Positions 43,601-52,600 of a DNA stretch of 62,952 nt are shown piece after piece. The translations under genes and the position numbers were made by a program. The DNA is from Hydrolagus affinis. Its lineage: Eukaryota. The notes below the pieces were generated by a model. It did not search any database. It was given only the letters and a program-made list of their open reading frames with translations, and was not told the DNA's origin. Where the stretch lies: positions 1-62,952 of the forward strand of contig JAAILG010001699.1 of the NCBI GenBank assembly GCA_012026655.1, read 5' to 3'. Each line of letters begins with the position of its first letter. Within the stretch, counting starts at the first letter, position 1.

Positions 43601-46600
43601 GGTTTACCTGTCATCCACCTCTTGTGGCGACGCCTAAATTATCTTGTGCCCTGTATATTTCACTTCAACACAATATTACTTTAGTGTCACCTGAATCCTG
43701 CCAACTACGCCAATTGTTAGAGATTAATTTCTCAGGTTGAAAATATCAATTTCTCCGGTCAAAAATTAGGTTACAGCCAGCCTCCGATTGACCAAGTACT
43801 ACTGATTCATTTCTTTTAAAGCAGGTTCTTTATTCAGATATGCTCATAGAGCTGGTGCTAAAGCATGTTACACAAATGGATACACACAATTCTTCATACG
43901 ACCGAGCCTCAATCGGTTCCGCAATTGTATTATCACCTAATTTCAATTTCTGGACCTTCCCTACCAGCTTCTTCTGGTAATCCAGCGCCCAGTTTATATC
44001 CCCCATATCTTATCTTGATCGATCCTTTACTCTTATTCTATTCAGCTATGCTTTAGCACCACCCGAGTCCCTGTTCAGGCGCCAATTGTTAGAGTAAAAC
44101 TTCTCTAGTCGGGAATAAGGTTACAGCCAGCCTCTATCCCTTAATAGGTTCTTTATTCAGGTTTGCTCAAGGAGCTGACACTAAAGCATATGAAACGACT
44201 ACAAGGCACAAACAATACACTAGGTTTCTCATAATGCAATCTCATACACCAATATACTACCCGGCACGCATTCTTCAGGTTAAAAGGGAATAGTCCTTTC
44301 TCTTCCTTGCCTCCTTCTTCGAGGTCTGGGGTGGGAGTAGTCCTTTCTCTTCCTTGCCTCCTTCTCCGAGGTCTCGGGGGTGGGGGTTGCCTCTTCTCAG
44401 TCGGTCTAGGGGAAAAAGTAGTCCTTCCTCCTCCTTGCCTCCTCTCAGTCGGTCTCGGGGAAAAGTAGGGGTGTTGATCTCTTTGGGGGTCTGCTGTCAT
44501 GTTACAGCTCTTCCATCAGTTGGTTCCCTTTCTCGAGAGCGGTTTGGCTACTGTCAGTTACAGTTTCTTCCATCAGTTGATTCTCCTTCTCGAGAGCGGC
44601 TTGGCTACTGTCACGTTACAGTATCTTCCATCAGGTCCTTTTCCTTCTGCTCCTCTGTCTCCGCTCTGCTCTATTCCTTTGTCTCAACACTTTTATCCTT
44701 TCTTGGTTGCATGGTGTTCACGTGAACATCTCATGCCACTCTCAGACATTGTCCATATTCCATGTCCTCTTTTACACCCAACTCTGCCTTTCTTCGCAAA
44801 CGAGCTCTTCTTATCGCAGTCTGTTCTAATCGGTTTCTAATGGTGACCTTGACGACTCAAACTATGTGTAGCAACTTCCCTTATCTTATACAGCAGTTAT
44901 ACAAAAACATCACATGGCATCATTCTAGCCCACTCTCTGTTTTTAACAGTCTATACTAATTTTAACCAGTTCTTCACCAACTCTAACAATATGACCATTC
45001 CAATTGCACAAACTCTGTTTGCTACAACAGTTAAGAATGATGATGGTTTACTTGATTGGCTGTTGATAGCAAAACTTCCAAGTATGGGACTGTAATCTTC
45101 AGTACCTATGCTCATGATTTCAGCTCCTCGAATCTGCAAACCTGATCAATTCAGGTGTAATGATGGCAGCTGTATTATTGGAAGCAGTCAATGCAATGGA
45201 ATTGGAGATTGTACAGATGGGAGTGATGAAGTCAACTGTGTGAAAGGTAAGTTTGTAATTGCATTGTACTAGTGACCTGCTTGTGAATTTCTTATAATCT
45301 GACCCCATTTCTAATGGAATTTAATGTCTGATTTTAGCTCAAGTGTGCAGACCTGATCAATTCAGGTGTGGTGATGGTATCTGCATTGTTGGAAGCATGC
45401 AATGCAATGGATTTGGGGATTGTGCAGATGGGAGTGATGAAGTCAACTGTGAACTGAGTAAGTGTACAATTGCACTGCTTCAGTGACTAATCTTGTGGTT
45501 GTTACTGCAACATAACAAAATTCATTTTTCCTTTCAGCTGTTGCAAAGTGCACAGGACCTGCTAACTTCAAGTGTCTGAGTGGAGAATGTATAAATATGA
45601 CTCAAGTATGCAACCAACACCAGGACTGTAAGGATTGGAGTGATGAGCTACTCAAAAAATGTTGTAAGTAATTTGGAAAGTGTCAAAAGTAACATGAGCT
45701 TGATTTGTACTCAATCATATTTACTTTCCCTACTTTTTAACTTAACTTTTACTGATGTAGAACATCAAATTGTATTTGTATCATTCCTTTCACACTAGGA
45801 CTACCCCAAGGTGTTGAACAATTAAGGGTTTGGACCGAAGCAGGGGATTGAGATCAGGAGGGGTGAGGGTGGGAGGGAGGGCAGGAGTAGGAGGGCCAAC
45901 AGAGGTGCAGTCAAGGAAGTGTTTTGAGACGTGCCTTATAATAATAATAATCCTTGTATTTGATATAGTGCTTTTCACATCTTCTCGATGTCTCAAAGTG
46001 CTTCACTGAATATACTGTAAAGTGAATTGACTGTATATTTGTGGGCAAAATGCAGCAGCTAATTGCACACAGCAGTGTCCCACAATAGTTGTTCTTTGAA
46101 ATGACCAATTTATTATAGGATTTTTTTGGGATGGATTATTGTTAGGCATGTGGAGAAAGCAAACTTGCCCGAGGTTTCACCCTGATCTGCCTGGATTCGA
46201 AACACAGGTCTCACGCTTTTAAGGCGAGTGCTCTAACCACTGAACTGCAGGACTCCACTCCTTCAAGGAGTCAAGGGAAGGAATGAGGTGAAGATTGGGA
46301 TTCATTGACCAATTAATTGATTTGTTTGCATTATCCTTTTTGTAGACATCAATGAATGCTTGGACAACAATGGTGGCTGCTCTGACATCTGCTGGGATCT
46401 AGTCATTGGTTATGAATGTGAATGCCCTTCTGGCTTTGAGTTGGTTGAAACCAAAATGTGTGAAGGCAAGTCAACTGATCCTGTTTCTTGTACAGTAGTG
46501 AAAAGAAAACAGATAACTTATAGACTGAAAAGATATTGTAACTTTTCTATGCAGATGTTGATGAATGTCAAACCCCTGAAATTTGCAGTCAAATCTGCAC

Positions 46601-49600
46601 CAATATAAAAGGAAGCTATATATGTGAATGCCATGCAGGATATCACATGGATCAAACAGATGGGGTTTGTAAGACATTAGGTAAGTAAAGATGATGGACA
46701 TTGTAATAATAATAATCCTTACATTTGATATTACGCTTTTCACATCTTATCAACGTCTCAAAGCACTTCACAGAATATACTGTAAAGTGAATTGACTGTA
46801 TATTTGTGGGTGAAACGTGGCAGCCAATTGCGCATAGCTGTGTCCCACAAACGGTCGTGGATTGAAAATGGCACATTTTTATTATTGTGTTTTTTTTTGG
46901 ATGGATTAATATTAGGCATGTGGAGTAAGGAAACTTTCCCAAGGTTTTGCTCTGGTCTGCCTGGATTCGAACACAGGTCTCTCGCTTGTACGGCAAGTGC
47001 TCTAACAACTGAGCTACAGGAGCTCCACATTGGACAACTATCTTGCATTGTTGTTGACTTTTCCATCATTTTCATGATCGGTTGATTTAAGGTTAATTAA
47101 TCAATTAATTTTTCAGTATTTACTGTGCAGTGAGTAATAACATGTATCTATCATGTAGGATAACAACCTTCTACCTTTGTATATAACAGCCAATTTGTGC
47201 ACAATGATGTTCTTCAAACAGCCATGAAGGAAATGAATGTCCAGATTTTTATATCTGGAGATTGTTGGCTGTTACACCTGTCTACGCATGCTTCCTGTAT
47301 ATTTTGGAGTAGCTCAGTAGTTAGAGCACTCGATGATTCCCGGCCAGGGCAAAATGATGGGCAAGTTTCCTTACTCCACACACCACTGTTTACCTAGTAC
47401 CTGTAGTAAGTAGAAACTCGGTTGCTAGTTGATTGGCAAATTGCTTTTCCAGGGCGTAATAACTCCTTTTTTTAAAAAGTCATTCAATCCACAACTGTTT
47501 GTGGGACACTGCTGTGTGCAATTGGCTGCCACGTTTTGCTCACAAAATATTCTGTGAAGTGCATTGAGACGTCTCAAACATAATAATATGCTATATGAAC
47601 TGGAAAAATTGTTATTTTGCATTACTCTTGCGTTCACTTTGCTCGATCTTTGATTCATTCACTCTTTTCTGATTTAGATGTTCATGTTTATTACAACATT
47701 AATGATCCTACCATCTCTGTAAATCCGATTTGTTAATTGGAATCCAGAGGAGCAAAACTTAAATGGCATGGCTGTAATTTGATGCCTGACCGTTCAGATT
47801 AAAAATGAATTGATATAGTGCCAAGATTTTTAGAATACATACCTTCAAATCAAATCATTGCATCACAGAAAATAAATTCCTTCAATATAAATGCTCCTTA
47901 AATCAAGAATGATTGATCTGTAAATTGTATTGAATAGGAAAAGAGCCCTTTTTGATCTTCACTAATCGCCATGATATCAGGAAACTGGGACTCCACCACA
48001 AAGTGTACACCCAGGTAGCCGTGCAGCTGAGAAATGCAGTGGCGTTAGATGCTGACATTGCTGCACAGAGGATCTTCTGGGCTGACTTGGGAGAGCAGGC
48101 AATTTTCAGGTAATTCAAGCTATGAATGCTGAGCCACAACTAGGTTTCCTTCAACTGTATAATGTGCATTCAGCACAACACTAACAGGGGTGATTGGAAA
48201 TTTGCTATTCAAGTCAACTTCCTTTTCATCTTTTCTTTCCCAACCACCCCAGATATTTACTACTGCTGCTAATTTGCTTCCTGGCCAGCAGATATACTAA
48301 TTTGATCGCTTAGTGAATGCTGGATGAATCCATTGCATTGGGTAGTTCTGTGAACAAACATAATTCAGTCATGTCTAGTAGTTGCTATCACTTCTGAAAA
48401 TCCTCCAGTCTTTGGCTAGTTACAGAAATCACAACCTGATTCTGTCCTAATTAGTGATACCTTGCACCTTTCCTCACCTATTTACCATTCATTGCTCACT
48501 ATATAATACTATACTGCATTAATGAAAACAAAATTGGGTGCATTTGTTTATAAATCTTTCTCAATGCATTATTGTCAATATAATGTTCATTTGGAACTGG
48601 TGATAAATGTTACTAATGGGAAAACTTGTTAATGAGAGAGGCCAATGTGTTCACTGTCATTAATGTTTTCATCATACATATTTTGTTAATGGTCTTTAAA
48701 CTGCAATGCTATTACAACAATACCAACAGCAAAATTACACTTGTACAGTATCTTTCTTGTCAGAAGGATGTCCCAAGGTGCTGGACAGTTATTGTTTTAG
48801 ACCTGAGCTGGGGAGGATGGAGGGAAAATGGAGGGCATTTGCGTAGTCAAGCCGGGATGTAATGAAGGCGTGAATGAGGATTTCAGCGGCCTGAGGGGTG
48901 AGGTAGTGGCAGAGTCGGGCAATATTGTGGAGGTGAGGGAAGACAGAATGGGTCATGGCTTGGATATGGGGGAGGAAAGACAGTTGAGGATCAAACAAGA
49001 CACCTAGGTTCCTGACTGGCTTGGTGAGGCTGAGTGTGCAACCATGGAGATTGATGCTGCCAGTGCCTGATGCATGAAGGTGTGGCGGGAACCAATCAGG
49101 AAGGCTTCGCTCTTGTTAATGTTCAACTGTGGAAAGTTATCTCTCATCCAGGACTTGACATCCGACAGGCAGTCTGTCAGGACAACAGTGTTTCTGGAGT
49201 TGAGAGTAGAGGCAGAAAGATAGAGTTGGGTGCCATCCGCATACATGAGTAAGTTAACCCGATGTCTGCGAATTATGTCACCAAGGGGGAGTATGTAGAT
49301 GTTAAAAAGTAGGGGACCAAGGGCACAGCCCTTGGGACACCACAGGTGACAGTGCGGGGGCTGGAAGAGAAGCCGTTGGTGGCGACAAAGTGGAGACGGT
49401 GGGAGAGGCAAGATTAAAACCAAGCAAGGGAAGGTCCATGAAGATTGATCTGGGAGGTGGTGTAGCAGGATGGAGTGGTCAATAGTGTTGAAGGCAGCAG
49501 AGTCGTCAAGGAGAACAAGGGGGGCAGAGAGAGCCCTAATCGCAGACATTTAGAATGTCATTAGAGACTTTGACCAGGACTGTAGGAAGGGTTCAAAGAG

Positions 49601-52600
49601 GGAATGGTATGAAAGAAGAGTGATGCTGGGACTCAATGGTTCATTCCAGGAACTTAGAGAGGAATGGGAGGTTGGAGATGGGGCGGTAGCTAGAACCAAC
49701 CTAAGATGTACCAGCATTGAATTGGAATAAATAAAGCTTAGCTTTTCTAGAAATACACTGTTTCATTAAAGCTGGCGACCATTTAAATCTGACTGGATGG
49801 GTCTTGTAAAGGGAATGGTGACTAACCACTAAAACCATTTGGCAGTGTGTCCACAGATGAACAGGAAGGTGAAGTCGGCATTTCCAGAGTTGTCGACGTT
49901 GAGACGCCTGTGGGAATTGCTGTGGACTGGGTCTACAAACATATCTACTGGACTGATCGTGGAACTAAAACCATATCTGTGGCTACTTTTGATGGAACCA
50001 AAAAGATGATACTCATTGACACAGGTCTAAGAGAACCAGCTTCAGTAACAGTCGATCCAGCAACTGGGTACTTATTAACTGTTATTTTTTATGCAATTCC
50101 AAGAAATGCCTTGTACAGTTAAATATTTTGTTAGAAAATCTATCCATTAAATAAGTACAAAGTTTTAGTTGTGGCATGACTGCAGTGAAGGTCTAAGAAC
50201 CGATCCTCTGCCAATTAAACTGCTAATTATTCAGCGACTTGTGCTGTTTGTAGCAAGTCAAAGCAATGTATTCAGCCTGCAGGGCAAAGCAAAGCGAGGG
50301 ACTGTTTCCAGGCATATAAAATGCCTCTTGTCAGGGTTAGTGTGGCAACATTGGCTTTGGTCTACTGTATTCCGGCTGATAATGCAGGGAGATGATAGGG
50401 ATACAATGGGAGATTAACCAAGTTTAACCTGACTAACCTAATTTCGCAATAGAGATTTGTAGTCTGTTCGCAGTGGTTTACAAACCTTACCTTTGCTAGC
50501 TCTGTCAGCTTCCCTATCAATTACAGTGGTTGAAAGATCAAAGTTCTTCGATAGGAATAGTTTCTACTTGGATTAGAGTTCCCTGTCTTCAGGAATTTAT
50601 TGGTTAAATTCAACTAAATCCCAAATTCTCGGGCTTTGTCCTATGAAGTATGCTTTGAAGTTTGTATGGAGCATTTATTTATGTATTGGTGCCTCCCACT
50701 GAATTGTTTACATTTAAACTAAATTGGGAAATTGAAATGGTCACTCTATCCTCAAAGTGACAAAGCTGTTAATCTGCAAAATAGTTTTTGTAGTAATGCA
50801 GTAGTGATTATCGCCATGTTTGATTTAGCACTTCATGTCAAAAGGCCATCTCAGATAGCTTGGTGTAATAACTAACTAATCAGTATTGTAGATTAATGTG
50901 AAGTATGCAGTTGGAAGTGATAACACACCCTTGTATTCAAAGATTATTTGTAATTTGAACTTTTTTTGTCTTAAAGGTTTATTTATTGGTCAGACTGGGG
51001 TGAGCCAGCAGCAATTGAAAAAGCAGGTTTAAATGGTGGTGATCGCCAGCTCTTAGTTAACAAAAAGATTCAATGGCCAAATGGCATTGCACTTGGTAAA
51101 TAGAGTACTTTTTAAAAAAAAAACAAGGTTGAATCTTCATTTGCTGATGTTTGGCTTTGAAATAATTCATACTTTGCCTCCAGATTATGTGAAAAACCGC
51201 CTCTATTGGGTTGACTCAAAACTGCACACCTTGTCCAGTGTGGACCTAGATGGTCAAAATAGAAGAACAGTACTCCATTCGCCACAATTCCTTGCTCATC
51301 CTTCTGCTGTCTCATTGTTTGAGGTAAAGCGTAACTTTCCAAAACATGTGACAAAGTATTTCTTTAAAAGATTTTATTTAGTTTGATTATAATCAGCATC
51401 TAATGTCAAGCTATGTAGCCATATGTACAAGTACAACTAACAAATTGAAGAGATGGCTGAAAAGCATTAATACATTGATAAATTAGGTAATGTGTATAGA
51501 GGATATACACAGAAGTACAAGATTTTGTTATTAAATTAAGCATCTGTTTACATTTTAGGAGAGAGGAAAAATATGAGCCTTGAGTATCAGATGCAATGTA
51601 CATTTTAACAGTTCAAGCTAACAGGTCATTAATTCTACATTCATATGTCTAGAGAATTTTGGAAAATATGGCTTGCGTCCAATGTTTGTGCTACTTTTAG
51701 ATTTACTTATCATACTTGCAGTGCTTAACTGAACGAACTGTGGGCATATCTTTGTATTGCCTAAGGGAGTCTCTCTTGGAGAGCATTTGGTTTTCAGCAT
51801 TTTCCTGGAATAAAAACTTTGAATTGGTCTTCTCGTAGGATCGTGCCTTCTGGATTGATGAGGAGAGTAAAGCTATCTATGCAAGTAACAAGTTTACAGG
51901 AGAAGATGTGGTGATTTTAGCCTTCAACCTGAATGAACCTCGTGACATCATTGTTTTTCATGAGCAGGTTCAGCTATCTGGTAAGGGATTGAATAATGGG
52001 GAATTTTTGCTCCTCCTGAGAATCATCCTGATTTTCTATTGCATTGGATGGAATTTGTATGTGAGATACTTCAATCCTCATTGTTTTATTTACAGGCAAA
52101 AATGGGTGCACCAACTTTAAGAATGGAAGCTGTGAATACTTGTGTCTCCCCGCCCCTTTGTTTAATGGTCTTTCAGTAAAATATACCTGTGTGTGTCCAT
52201 CTGGAATGGAGTTGTACAATGGACTACAATGTAGAACGGGTAAGCAAGATTTATACCCAACTGTACAGAGAAATTATTTGATATTAAACTGAAGGTATGT
52301 TGAAGCGATATTTGTTGGTGAGGGTTTGCTTTGGTATCTTGAACTGAAAATTTCTATTTATCCCAAACTGACATTTTTAGATCTAAATATGGGAAGCAAA
52401 AATGCTGCCAATATATAACTCTACTGATGGCAAACTATAGATGGTTTGCATATTGCATTATACTGAATAATTATCAAGCTAATAAAATGTGCCATTTAAA
52501 GAAAATTGGATGCTGATGTTTCTCTACTCAGTTAGATGTGTGATGGTCCTATAGATCTCTAGTATTGCAGAGGGACTCTGGAATGGAGTTCCTGAGAACA

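Noticed and set aside
42537-44840. Duplicated ORFs of 113-123 aa in the ORF track
   Set aside because: They are incidental frames within the two LTR copies and have no gag/pol/env motifs.
3626-52239. Assembly artefact (the same gene repeated or haplotypes joined)
   Set aside because: The modules differ widely in amino acids, exon lengths, intron sequence and TE content.
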